NCBI RefSeq assembly: GCF_964194155.1
Contig: NC_135908.1
Span: 15,376,001-15,440,000, forward strand
Origin: Cetorhinus maximus
Lineage: Eukaryota
DNA length: 64,000 nucleotides
Direction: 5' to 3'
The translations under genes were made by a program, and so were the position numbers. Within the stretch, counting starts at the first letter, position 1. Each line of letters begins with the position of its first letter. This document shows positions 39,783-51,871 of the stretch, in pieces. Below the pieces are notes generated by a model. It worked only from the letters and a program-made list of their open reading frames with translations, had not been told where the DNA came from and ran no database searches.

Positions 39783-41401
39783 GAAATCGTCCTTCCTCAT
39801 GGACTTTGGGTGAAAAAAAATGATGGTTTTGGGAAAAGGGGGAGTGTGCTGGGAATGTCTGGGTGTGCAACGCTTCAAATGCATCCCTGTCCAACCCTGC
39901 CAAGGTGACTATAAGAGACAGAGGCATTTTTTTTTTTCTAAAGCTGTATCCAGTTATATTGCAGTTACCTGCAATCTGTGTACTGTCTCCCTTATCAGCT
40001 TATCAATGGTTTGACTATTGCAGTGTAAGTATTATAGTCAGAGATTTACACAAGGCACTTGGAAAAATACAGGGTTTACAGAGTTTATGGTAAATGACAT
40101 GAAGTGCATTAAGTGCGACGAATTCACTGGAAGATATTTTATGTAAAAATAAAATGGTGTTGGTTTAATAATTGTCACCTATAAAAATATTTTCCAAATA
40201 GTTTAGGAGGGGGGTGGGGGATCCAATATAGCAACTCGGGGCCAAACTGAAAGGTTAAGAATACGGGAATAAGCTTGTAAGATGCCATCTTCGCTGTAAG
40301 AACATTTAAAGTCACTTACTGTGGAGGTTAGTAAAGTTAAGAAATAAGGGTCTTATTCAAACAGGGTTGCAAACTGTTCCCTTTAACCCGAGGTTTGGGC
40401 TGGCTAATGATTCACAGACACCGAAACGTTTTAATTGTCTCACTCTGACCTTCAGTCCGGTTGTAATGCGTTAAAAAAAAAAGTCAAATCCAACTGTTTG
40501 GATTTCTGTTTAGTTTCTCATCCCTCAGAAAGAAAGTGGCATTGGGAGATTTGAAGGGGGGGTGGGTGGGGGGGGGAGAAATATTTCCAGATTGCCAGGC
40601 GAATGCTTTGGATCACGCGTGATTAATTAAACAGTAAAATTCAGTCTCCAGGTCCATATATAGGTGTAATTAAAGCTCTGGACCTGACAGCTCGTTGTTT
40701 CTGTCTTGGATTAATCCCAGGAGAGTGTAGTGGCAACACAGCGAGACAAATATAGGCATTTAGTGTTGGAATTGGGATGAGGGAGAGCAACACAGGGGGA
40801 GAACAATAGCGAAACAGTTAAAAAAAATAGAAGCAATATTGGGAAAAGGAAGGCTGAGAAAATAATAGTGACCCACTCAACATGGGATCTAAACTATGTT
40901 GTAAATATCAACACTGGAGAGAAAATGCGTCATTGAAAAGCAAAGAGGTCACGAATAATTTGTACCATTTAGAAGTTTGAAATAGCAAAAAAAAAATGTT
41001 ATTGCGTGGTCTGTCTATTTTTAGACAGCCGCTGAGGGTTCCATCTTGTACTTTTATAAATTCATGAAAGTTCTTTCAAAGGTACCTTATCTGTTCAGAT
41101 CCAAAAAAAAAACGCTGTCCTTGCCAACAAAAGCTGCCCTAACATCAGGTCCAAGCGACTAAATACTGAAGTAAAAGGGCTGATCGCCTCTGGGAGGGCA
41201 ATAACAGAGAGAGAAAAACCATCGAGAGAACTGTAAAGCAACATTGTAAAGGAATGGGAGGCCCAATTGGATAGTCAATGTTCAAGGTTAATTCTGTCCT
41301 CCATCTGCATTTCACCTCTTTGCATCATAAAATCAGAGCAGGGGGGCGGTGAGGTTCAAAGTGTGATTATGTGGCCAATAGCAAACTAGAGAAGGACCCG
41401 T

Positions 41402-41616
41402 CTAGGGTTGCCAACTCTTGCTTGGATGTATTCCTGGAGGTTTCATCGGATGAACTCCCGCCTTGTCCAGTCCAACACCATTTTCCCATTCTCCAACATT
41501 CTTATATCCAACAGTCTAAAGTGTTCAAAGACTTTTTGTTTTAAAAAAAAATGTAATTTCTAATACTCCTTTGACTTTTTTTCCCCACACCAGTTTCCTG
41601 GAGGGTTGGCAAACCT
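41402..41616. mobile_element. Short TIR element (TAGGGTTGCCAAC ends)
   Basis: tagggttgccaac...gttggcaaaccta; inverted relative of 46168-46514. Confidence 0.65.
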
Positions 41617-42654
41617 ATAGTCCCACTTTCTCTCCTACACTTCTCAAATCCTAATGGAGCAATATTGGAAATGGAGCCTGGGGTGGTGGGAGGTGGGGGA
41701 TTGCATCATTTGAAAGTTTTCCCCGCTTTCTAGACGGGGCACATTAACACAAGGAGACAAGATAAGGTGTTAGGCGTGGAGCCGGCTGTATGGTAACTTT
41801 TAGGGCTGAGATATTAAAGAGAACCACTCCACAGTTTTATAATCCCTTGTCAACAGCTGCCCTTTTTTTACATCTCACCGGGGTATATATATTTTTTAAA
41901 GTATTGGCCACTATACAATATTCCACATGTATTCCTGACAATTTAAGCCTGTAATCAAATTATGCAACTACGTGGAACAGTAATTTCGAAATTAGCTAGG
42001 GAAAATCTTTGCAACTAACAGGATTTTATATATATATTTTTTTTTAATTTCCCTAAACGCTGTTACTTCTATTACTAAAGGAAAATGTGAGATTGAACAG
42101 GCGTATAACCTGTTTGTATACAAAGCTTCCGAACGAAATCAAGTATTTTTAGTCACTATTTCATACTTAACGAAAATCGCCTTAATCGTAGCTCTCGCCA
42201 AATTGGTCCCCGACTTGTTTCGGAATGTCTTAAGATGATGCATCCGTGCAATGGGCTCCTGCACAATCTCTGACGGCACAGTCCACTGCACAAGTGCTTA
42301 CCCAAGTGCTTAAATGCAAATAAATAATTAATGGCAAAAAGAGTTGGAGCGAAAATCGCCCCACACGGTTCTTTCCTATGGAAACCTGTTCTGTTGACCA
42401 CTGTTGGGTATCTCCCCAAGTACAAATCATTAACCATTAAAAGCCCAAAGTCCAGTAACAACTGAAGCGAAACACTATTCCCAATATACACAGGATACCA
42501 TGTATTTTTTTTCTCTCTGCTTGCAAGGTAGTCAAAATAATTAAAAACTGATAACGTCCCACATTGCCAGAGTGATTCTTGCTCAATTTGTCCCTTAACC
42601 CCGAATCTGCCATTTTGTTAAACTCTGTTATACCATAGCCTCCTCCTCCCCCCA

Positions 42655-43015
42655 CAACTACTTACATTTATATAGCGCCTTTAATGCACCAAAACATCCC
42701 ATAGGGTTTCACAGGAACATTATAAAATGAAGTATGACTCCGAGTCACCATAAGGAGGTATCAGGTTCGATGACCAAAAGCTTTGTCAAAGAGGAAGGGG
42801 GAATGTGATGTTGGGAGGTGGAGAGGTGTAGGGAGGGAATTCCGGAGCTTGGGGCCTAGACAATTGAAGGCACAGCCACCAATGGTCGAACAGTTCCAGT
42901 TGGGGATGCACAAGAGACCAGGATTAGAGGAGCTCCGATATCTCAGAGAGTTGTGGGGCTGGAAGAGATTACAGAGATAGGGAGGGCTGAGGTCATGGAG
43001 GGATTTGAAACCAAG
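42655..43015 (-). mobile_element. Decayed LINE/SINE 3' fragment (L2-like tail)
   Basis: caactacttacatttatatagcgcctttaa...agggaattccggagcttggggcctagacaattgaagg; related to 28450-28720. Confidence 0.55.
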
Positions 43016-43164
43016 TTATTTTGGCCCATGAATGACAGAAGGAGTCATAATTTTGATACAGTATCATTCAACAGGACCTGTCTATTAGGTCTGGTCTGTT
43101 TGGCCATGTGACATGGTGTAAACCTGGAGTGTATAACAAAATAACCATAATAACATTAAATGCC

Positions 43165-44175
43165 TCCTTTTTTATTTATTTGTTCATGGGGTGTGGGTGT
43201 CGCTGGCTAGGCCAGCATTTATTGCCCATCCCTAATTGCCCTTGAGAAGGTGGTGGTGAGCTGCATTCTTGAACCATTGACCAGAAACTGAAATGGACTA
43301 GCTGTATAAATACTGTGGCTACAAGAGCAGGTCAGAGGCTAGGAATCCTGCGATGAGTAACTCACCTCCTGACTCCCCAAAGCCTGTCCACCACCTACAA
43401 GGCACAAGTCAAGAATGTGATGGAATAATTCTCACTTGCCTGGATGAGTGCAGCTCCAACAACACTCAGGAATAACCATAAACTGCAGTCCGTGTAGTGT
43501 AGGTACACCCACAGTGCTGTTAGGGATTAAGTTCCAGAATTTTGACCCAATGACAGTGAAGGAACATTGATACATTTCCAAATCAGGATGGTGAGCGGCT
43601 TGGAGGGGAACTTCCAGGTGGTGGTGTTCCCATCTATCTGCTGCCCTTGTCCTTCTAGGTGGTAGTAGTCGTGGGTTTTGAAAGTGCTACATAAGGAACC
43701 TTAGTAAGTTTCTGCAGTGCATCTTGTAGATGATACACACTGTTGCTACTGTTTGTCAGTGGTGGAAGGAGTGAATGCTAGTGTAAGGGGTGCCGATCAA
43801 ATGGGCTGCTTTGTCCTGGATGGTGTCAAGCTTCTTGAGTGTTGTTGGAGCTGCACTCATCCAGGCAAGTGGGGAATATTCCATCACACTCCTGACTTGT
43901 GCCTTGTAGGTGGTGGACAGGCTTTGGGGGGTCAGGAGGTGAGTTACTCATCGCAGGATTCCTAGCCTCTGACCTGGTCTTGTAGCCACAGTATTTATAT
44001 GGCTAGTCTAGTTCAGTTCCTGGTCAATGGTAACCCCAAGATGTTGATAGTGGGGGAATTCAGTGATACTAATGCCATTGAATATCAAGGGATGATGGTT
44101 AGATTCTCTCTTGTTGGAGATGGTCATTGCCTGGCACTTGTGTGGCATGAATGTTACTTGCCACTTGTCAGCCCA
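43165..44175 (-). mobile_element. LINE family A, 5'-truncated copy with an internal inverted templated insertion
   Basis: Same 3' end as 5790 and 12480. Segment 43273-43471 is the reverse complement of 43832-44030. Confidence 0.85.
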
Positions 44176-44324
44176 CAGTGGTTTATGTGTTTTAGTGTCA
44201 ATTTTTATCTGCTCACATTCTTGTGAAGTGCCTTAGGGTGTTTTACTTTGTTAGAGGTGCAATATAAATGCAAGTTATCATTGTCTTTACTAACCAATAA
44301 TTCAGCCTTTATGTCCTGTGTGTT

Positions 44325-44735
44325 GACCTCAGTTGGTAGCACTTGCCTCTGAATCGGAGGTGGATTCAAGACCTACTCTAAAGATTTGAGCACAAAAATC
44401 AAAGCCCAACACTTCAATGCCATATTGCAAGAATGCCACAGTGTTGGAAGCACCATTTTTTGGATCAGATATTAAGCCAAGGTCCAGCCTGTCACGGCAC
44501 TATTTTGAAGAAGAGCAGGGGTGTTCTCTCCAGTGTCCTGGCCAATATTTATCCCCCAAACAACATCACACAAAACCTGGCCATGATCACATTGCTGATA
44601 GTGGGAGTTTGCTGTGCACAAATTGGCTGCTGTGTTTCATTACAAGAGGGATTGCACTTCAAAAGTATTTCATTGGCTGTAAAGCACTTTGGCTCATCCT
44701 GTGGTCATGAAAGGTGCTATAGAAATGTACATTTT
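44325..44735 (+). mobile_element. tRNA-head SINE (DeuSINE-like)
   Basis: A/B-box-like head (ctcagttggtagcac...ggattcaagacc), central domain and 3' tail cattggctgtaaagcactttgg. Confidence 0.72.
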
Positions 44736-45194
44736 TCTCTTTTCTTTCTTAATGGAATACAGCTTGAAGAAAGAAATTAGACTGACACCAAACCTATAAA
44801 TTGGGGTGTTCTAAATCACTTCACAACCATCAAATTACTTCGGAAATATACTCACTTAGACAAAGATGGTAGGTGGATTGCACAAATGCTGTCCATAGAT
44901 CATTTAGGGATTGGATGAATGTGCCAAGTTAGGCTCATCTGACTGGGAGAGAGTCATAACAAACTCCCCTCACAACACAAACATACTGAGTAATTTAAAA
45001 TTATTAGAAAGACAATCTGACTTTTGTATTCTGATTTCACAATAACGCTCTTCTATAATCAACTTAATGACACAGTATGGGAGGATTGCGACAGATCGGC
45101 AGTTCCACAATTCTCTAATGAATATTGTAAGAAGTGGAATTTCCAAAGTATACAACAAGCAACTCTGAAAAGGAATCATTACGTTGAATGTCAG

Positions 45195-45725
45195 TTTAAG
45201 CTCAGTTGGCAGCATCTTTACCTCTGAGTCACAGGGTTTTGGGTTCAACTCCAACTCCAGGGCTTGACCACAAAAGTCAAGGCAGCACCGAGGGAGCGCT
45301 GCACTGTAGCAGGCGTTGCCTTTCGGATAAGACGTTAAACTTAATCTGCTTGCTCAGGTGGATGTATAAAATTCCATCCCATTATTTCACAGAAGAGCAG
45401 TGGCATTATCCCTGGTGTCTTAGCCAGCATCCATCCCTCAATCAACATCACAAGAGAAAATGATCTTGTCATTATCACTTTGCTGTTTGTGGGAGCTTGC
45501 TGTGTGCAAAGTGGCTGCCACACTTCCTAAATTGCAGCAGCGACTTCAAAAAGATCTTCATTGGCTGTAAAGCGCTTGGAGATGCCTGGTGGTCATGGAA
45601 ATTGCTATGTAAATGCAGGTCCTTCTTTAACTTGCCCTAAGAGAGGTGTCAGCTGTGGCTCAGTTCATAGCACCCTCGCCTTTGAATCAGAGGGTTGTGG
45701 GTTCATGTCCCACTCCCGGAAACCA
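45195..45725 (+). mobile_element. tRNA-head SINE plus a second SINE head
   Basis: gctcagttggcagc...gggttcaactcc head, same body as 44325, and a second head at 45650-45720. Confidence 0.72.
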
Positions 45726-46167
45726 AGAACTGTGATTGTACTCGAAAGAGTTGCAATCTGTGACTGTTGATAACTGGAAAGAATTTTTTTTAACTTGCCC
45801 TAAGCTCCCCCTGTATTGCTACATATTAAACAGTGTAACCTGAACAGATGGTCAAATGCTGGGGCCAAGGACAGCATTTCTGAGTAAGACCAATATAAGT
45901 CAATGGGGCTTCCTCTATAAATCTCTGTGGCATTTATTGAAGTCAGTGTAGAAGTTTGGTTAGTAATTCCATGTGTGTGTAAGAGTCAGTGGCTTATAAA
46001 ATCACACACACTATGATAAGCCATATTGTTAAATCAATTGGCCAATATTGTTTTCCCCTTTTGATTGATCAGCAGCATTCCACACTGTCCAGCATGTGTG
46101 ATTCGAACCATATGGGTGCTGGGGAGGAGTTCAGTGTTCACTTAAATAAACATCATGAGGGCTATTT

Positions 46168-46514
46168 AAGGTTGCCAACCCTCCAGGATTGGCCTGGAGT
46201 CTCCAGGAATTGAAGATCAATCTCCAGGACATGGCTGTGTGAAATCTTGGAGAAAAGTCATTTGGATATTAAAAAAAGATTGTTCTTTTTAAAATTTTTC
46301 TTTGAATGCTTATCTTTACCAGATATTGAAAATGGGGGTAAAAAATAAAGGGTGTTTGGCTGAGTCAAGCATCATCCAACTGGGCAATGAGCGTTTTTGC
46401 TTTCCAGTTGGTGTAGGAAGGCTGTGCGTCACAAGGATGGACCTGTGGCCGTCTAATGGCTGGAGCATGTGATAAAACCTCCAGGAATGCATTGAGTCAC
46501 AGTTGGCAACCCTA
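46168..46514. mobile_element. Short TIR element (TAGGGTTGCCAAC ends)
   Basis: taaggttgccaaccctccagga...cctccaggaatgc...gttggcaacccta. Confidence 0.7.
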
Positions 46515-47089
46515 CCTCCGGGGTGCTGCACAGAAGTGTCAACCTAGATTGCCCAATGTGCTGAAGTATGGTTTGAACCCACAACTCGCTGACTCTGATG
46601 TAGAATGCTGCCACTGAGCCTAGCCAAACTCCATGCCGCGTCGGTGTGATATTTTCCCGTTTCGGTGAACCAACCGCCACTGTTGCCTTTCTTATCGGGA
46701 TTTCAATTTGGTGCACGTTAGCGCTAAATTGTGTCTCTGTGAACTTATGCCTTCCCGGCTGTTTTGACTCTGCCAAAACTCATTTCAGAAGATTCCAGCT
46801 TCTGGTGAATTGAAACCCAACCTTTTTTCCTTTGGTCGGCTAGGCTACCGAATCACTTCAAAACCTGTTCCCATGCTAAAGAAGCCTCCAAACTTAAGTA
46901 ACTTGGAATTTCAGATAGAGTCCCTGTTTAGCTATTGGAACACAACTGATTTACCTAAATCTGGAGAGAAGAGATACAAATTGGCTATGGCCAAGGATTA
47001 GGGATCCTCAAGTGGGCACAGGAAGTTTAACTGATTGAAATTGCACAGCTTAGTACATTAAACATTAGTAAGTCTTTCTCAATTGGCTG

Positions 47090-47655
47090 AAGGCCAAAAA
47101 GCAAGATGACTGCATCTGCAGTGGAACTGCAGTATGGTGATGTGATGCACAAGGTAGTGTTCAGTCTGAAGAAGAACTACAACAGGTAGCTGGCGTATTT
47201 ACGGAAGCCGATGAGAGCATGGGACTTCCCACCAGGGAAGGACCAAAGTTCCTGACCAACCTATGCCAAATGTATCAAATCCAACACCTTCAATTGGGAT
47301 TCATGGTGAGGTGTTGGGAATGTTCTAAAATCCCCAGATTGCAGAAGCTATCCATCCTGAAAAGCTGACATTGATGAAGAGGTACACCACCAAATCCTGC
47401 GTGTTAACTCAGCCTATGGTAAAATATGTACTTGCACTTTCGAGAATCATGGTATCAGACCCGACACAATACTCATAAGTCTATTGGGCATGGTTCTCCT
47501 GATGCCCCTCACAGTACTGAAGATTGGACAACTTATACACGCCCATGGGCCCTAAAAAACATCACCAACGCTGTCTTAGAAAGATCTTGCGAGTCAATTG
47601 GGAAGACAAAAGACCAAACATGAGTGTCCTCCATGATGTAGACATGCCTTCCATA
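47090..47655 (+). mobile_element. Decayed RTE-clade LINE RT fragment
   Basis: Relics SEEELQQVAGVFTEADESMGL and HQRCLRKILRVNWEDKRPNMSVL, typical of RTE/BovB-like ORFs. Confidence 0.7.
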
Positions 47656-47935
47656 GAAGGACAAGGGCAGCAGATACATGGGAACACCACCACCTGCAAG
47701 TTTCCCTCCAAGCCACACACCATCCTGACTTGGAAATATATCGCCGTTCTTTCACTGTCGCTGGGTCAAAATCCTGGAACTCCCTCCCTAACAGCACTGT
47801 GGGTCTACCTACACCACATGGACTGCAGCGGTCCAAGAAGGTGACTCACCACCACATTCTCAAAGGCAATTAGGGATGGGCAATAAATGCTGATCCAGCC
47901 AGCGACACCCATATCCCATGAACGAATAAGAAAAG
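47655..47935 (+). mobile_element. LINE family A 3'-end fragment
   Basis: Reverse complement of 5790-6050, ending gcaattagggatgggcaataaatgc...catcccatgaa. Confidence 0.8.
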
Positions 47936-48403
47936 ACTTTGAATGACAAGGTAATGTTGTTCATTTATAATGGGCATATAATCAGATTTACTCCACACAA
48001 TTTTATGATCCTCCAGCATTCCCGTTGTCTGGTGGGTATTATACACAATAATCAGGATTACATTGGTGCACCTTTGTATCCATAGGAACATAAGAAATAG
48101 AAGCAGGGGTAGGCCATTCGGCCCCTCGAGCCTGCTTCAACATTCAATTAGATCATGGTTAATCTTCTACCTCAACATCCCCTTGCACACTATCCCCATA
48201 TACCTTGATGTCTTTACTATCTAGAAATATATTAATGACAGTCTTGAACATTCTCAATGACTGAGCCTTTGCAGCCCTCTGGGTGAGAGAATTCCAAAGA
48301 TTTCTGAGTGAAGAAATTCCTCCTTATCTTAGTCCTAAATGTCTTACCCTGAGACTGTGTTCCTTGGTTCTAGACCCCCCAGCCAAGGGAAACATCCTTC
48401 CTG

Positions 48404-49807
48404 TGCTATGATCCCAGCTGATGTTAATACTGGACAAGTCAGATCCCAGAATGAAACCTGGCTTGGTAGATCCTAACTTTTATTTTTTTGTAGAAACTGT
48501 GGAGGTAGATTATGAACAAATTCACAGGAGTGTGCTCATGAACCTTTAACACAAAGAATAAATCATTTATTAAACAAAAAAAATGAATGATATTACACCA
48601 GACAAATAGATTGGAAAGATCTCAATCCAAACACAAGAAAATGATTCAGATATCCATTATTCCTTCACCCTCGCTTTTGCTTTATAGACACATACAAATT
48701 TGGAAAGAGAAAACAATTTACCATATCTATCTTATACTCTAATATTCAGGTTAAGTACATGGTGCGTGTGAATTAACAGATGAAATATGATTGGACATCC
48801 CAGACCCAAAACAAGTGACAGATGCAACCAAAACGGATTCCATGGATTTCTCATCAACCCATCCAGATGCTTGTCACATTGAGAGCCAACCAGTCTCACT
48901 GAAACTCTATCTTTCTCATGAGGGTTTCCGATCTCTCCATGTTCAAAGAACTTGCCTTGGAATTCTCTCTCAAATGTCACTCCCACTCGGGCGGCTTCAG
49001 CAAGGACCCACCCCTAGGGTTTAAACCTCGCCTCCTGAGATTCTTTCCTCCTGGATCTCCACATACACTCAAGCTTCACCGCCCGAGCACACTTTCAGAT
49101 TTTCAGCTGTGCCAAGCAGAGCACCAATGCTCCAAAAGGGTACCTTTGCCCTTACGGCCCGCAGCACAGCATCACCAATCTTCAGCTGCCCTCTTGGATC
49201 TTCAGGCTTCTCTCAAGCCCGCTTTGCTTCAAGTCTGCTCCCCGCAGTGCCCTCTTTAATTTGGAGCCTATTGCTCTGCTGCTTTCTCTCAACTTTGCTT
49301 AACAGGGTATGTTTCTGATCTCTGTCCTTGTCCCTTACCTGGGACTGTCTTCTGGGGCCTGGGGCAGAATTTTACAGCCCCGTTTCGGTGGGGATGGGGC
49401 CATAAAATGCGGCGAGCCATTATAGGCCCCATTGACTTCAGCGGGAAGGTAAAATCCCACTGTCGTAAAATTCTGCCCCTGGGGTTTCTGCCCCACTCCC
49501 TGGTTTTGGATCTTCACCTTTGTTTGGGACCTCTTGTCCCCTTCCCTCCCCGTGTCCTGTTCCCTTGGACACCTTCCTTCTAATGACGCTCCTGTTCAGG
49601 TCACCTGACCTGCAGTTTTGCGCCGTTTCACTTTTCTCCTTTTATTTCTGCACTTGTGTGCAGGGCTGGTTCCCCGCCCAAAGGTGTGAAAATGGACAAA
49701 CTGCGCATGTGCGGCCCTTTCCTGCACAGAAGCCTGAAGGCCCAAAGGGAACTGTAGTTCCCAAACTCCCGATCTAAACTTGAGGTAAGCATCGGAGTTC
49801 GTTACGG
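48404..49807. mobile_element. Solo-LTR-like insertion, unclassified
   Basis: Non-coding 1.4-kb block interrupting a CR1 copy. Ends tgctat...gttacg resemble decayed TG...CA termini. Flanks cctg/gctg resemble a 4-bp TSD. Confidence 0.5.
49362..49478. mobile_element. 117-bp MITE (PIF/Harbinger-like by 3-bp TSD)
   Basis: Perfect 14-bp TIR GGGCAGAATTTTAC...GTAAAATTCTGCCC, with a CTG duplication on both sides. Confidence 0.85.
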
Positions 49808-50896
49808 CTGCATCTACCCTTTCGAGCCCTGTGAGAATTTGGCCTGTTTCACTGAGCCTGCCTCTCATTTTCCTAAACTCTAGAGAAGACAGGCCCTGTC
49901 CCCTCAACCTCTCCTCATAGGACAGTCCCGCCATCCCAGGAACCAGTTGATTTAGCAAAAGGGCGTCATGGTTGTAATAACTTGATGAGGCAGTAGGTCT
50001 AGTGAAGAAAAGGCTGAGCTTTATTTAGGAGATGCGTAGAGGCGCTTGCACTCTAGACCTGATCGCTCCATCGGAAGCCCCGCCCACAGGATTACCCACG
50101 CAATAAGCTTATTGGTCGAAGCCCCACCCCGCAATCATATCAAATGCTGAGTGGCTGACAGGAGGGAGGGACAATACACTCGCTCCCCCTTTAAATTCCT
50201 TATGTTTACAATTTTAAAAAAATGTCAGAAACACCAACAAACATTTGTACGGTTTCTGGTGATTGCAAATCAAGTCTTTGAGAAGCTGAAACAGGCAGAT
50301 TCTGGCGTTGCTGGTAAAGAGAACAGTGTTTAACCATGCTCCCGATGTCACTGTCTATTCCTGGCCAGCAGACGCAGCTACACAGAGATAAAAACAAAAA
50401 GCTAAAAGCTACTGCGGATGCTGGAAATCCAAAACAAAACAAAAACAGAATTACCTGGAAAAATTCAGCAAGTCTGGCAGCATCGGCGGAGAAGAAATCA
50501 ATCAACGTTTCGAGCCTCCATGGCCCTTCGGCAGAACTGCAGCATAGTTTCAACAAGGGAGAAATATAAATTGGTTTAAGGTGGGTGGGGGGCGGGGGGG
50601 AAGAGACACATTGAGGGTGTGGTGTGAGCAGATAATAATCAAAAGATGTCAGAGACAAAAGGGTCAAAGAGGTGTTGAAGGTGGTGGTCTTTGTCTGAGA
50701 AAAGTGCTAATTAAGAATGGAAAACAGGATATTCAAAGTACAGCTCTAGTGGGGGTGGGGTGGAAAGACTAAAGGTTTTAGTTTTAGATTTAAAAATAAT
50801 GGAAATAGGTGGGGAAAGAAGAATCTATATAAATTATTGAAAAAAAAGCGGGTGGGGGGGGAAAAGAAATGGGGTGGGGATGGGGGGAGGGGGAGT

Positions 50897-51869
50897 TTAA
50901 GATCTAAAGTTGTTGAATTCAATATTCAGCCCAGAGGGCTGTAAAGTGCCTAGTCGGAAGATGAGGTGCTGTTCCTCCAGTTTGCGTTGGGCTTCACTGG
51001 AACAATGCAGCAAGCCAAGGACAGACATGTTGGCAAGAGAACAGGGTGGAGTGTTAAAATGGCAAGCGACAGGGAGGTTTGGGTCTTTCTTGCGGACAGA
51101 CCGCAGGTGTTCCGCAAAACGGTCGCCCAGTTTGCGTTTGGTCTCTCCAATGTAGAGGAGACCGCATTGGGAGCAACGAATGCAGTAGACTAAGTTAGGG
51201 GAAATGCAAGTGAAATGCTGCTTCACTTGAAAGGAGTGTTTGGGCCCTTGGACGGTGAGGAGAGAGGAAGTGAAGGGGCAGGTGTTGCATCTTCTGCGTG
51301 GGCATGGGGAGGTGCCATAAGTGGGGGTTGAGGAGTAGGGGGTGATGGAGGAGTGGACCAGGGTGTCCCGGAGGGAACGATCCCTACGGAATGCCGTCAA
51401 GGGGGGTGAAGGGAAGATGTGTTTGGTGGTGGCATCATGCTGGAGTTGGCGGAAATGGCGGAGGATGATCCTTTGAATGCGGAGGCTGGTGGGGTGATAA
51501 GTGAGGACAAGGGGGACCCTATCATGTTTCTGGGAAGGAGGAGAAGGCGTGAGGGAGGATGCGCGGGATATGGGCCGGACACGGTTGAGGGCCCTGTCAA
51601 CGACCGTGGATGGAAAACCTCGGTTAAGGAAGAAGGAGGACATGTCAGAGGAGCTGTTTTTGAAGGTAGCGTCATCAGAACAGATGCGACGGAGGCGAAG
51701 GAACTGAGAGAATGGGATGGAGTCTTTACAGGAAGCGGGGTGTGAGGAGCTGTAGTCGAGGTAGCTGTGGGAGTCGGTAGGCTTGTAATGGATATTGGTG
51801 GACAGTCTATCATCAGAAATTGAGACAGAGAGGTCAAGGAAGGGAAGAGAAGTGTCAGAGATGGACCAT
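50897..51869 (-). CDS. Mirror copy of the truncated PLE ORF
   Basis: Same peptide from WSISDTSLPFLDL to the stop. The N-terminal residues of the listed 339-aa ORF come from reading through the inversion junction. Confidence 0.8.
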
Positions 51870-51871
51870 CT

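Larger units (their letters stand above)
48085..49950 (-). mobile_element. CR1 3' fragment split by a 1.4-kb insertion
   Basis: 48085-48403 (cataagaaatagaagcagg...ggaaacatccttcctg) resumes at ~49808 (ctgcatctaccct...; GLSYEERLR peptide). Confidence 0.75.

Noticed and set aside
40654-40664. Possible SRF CArG box (ccatatatagg)
   Set aside because: It has seven A/T bases between CC and GG, so it is not a consensus CC(A/T)6GG. No supporting evidence.
45648-45720. tRNA gene
   Set aside because: A/B-box-like sequence without a proper cloverleaf. It matches the SINE heads at 44325 and 45195.
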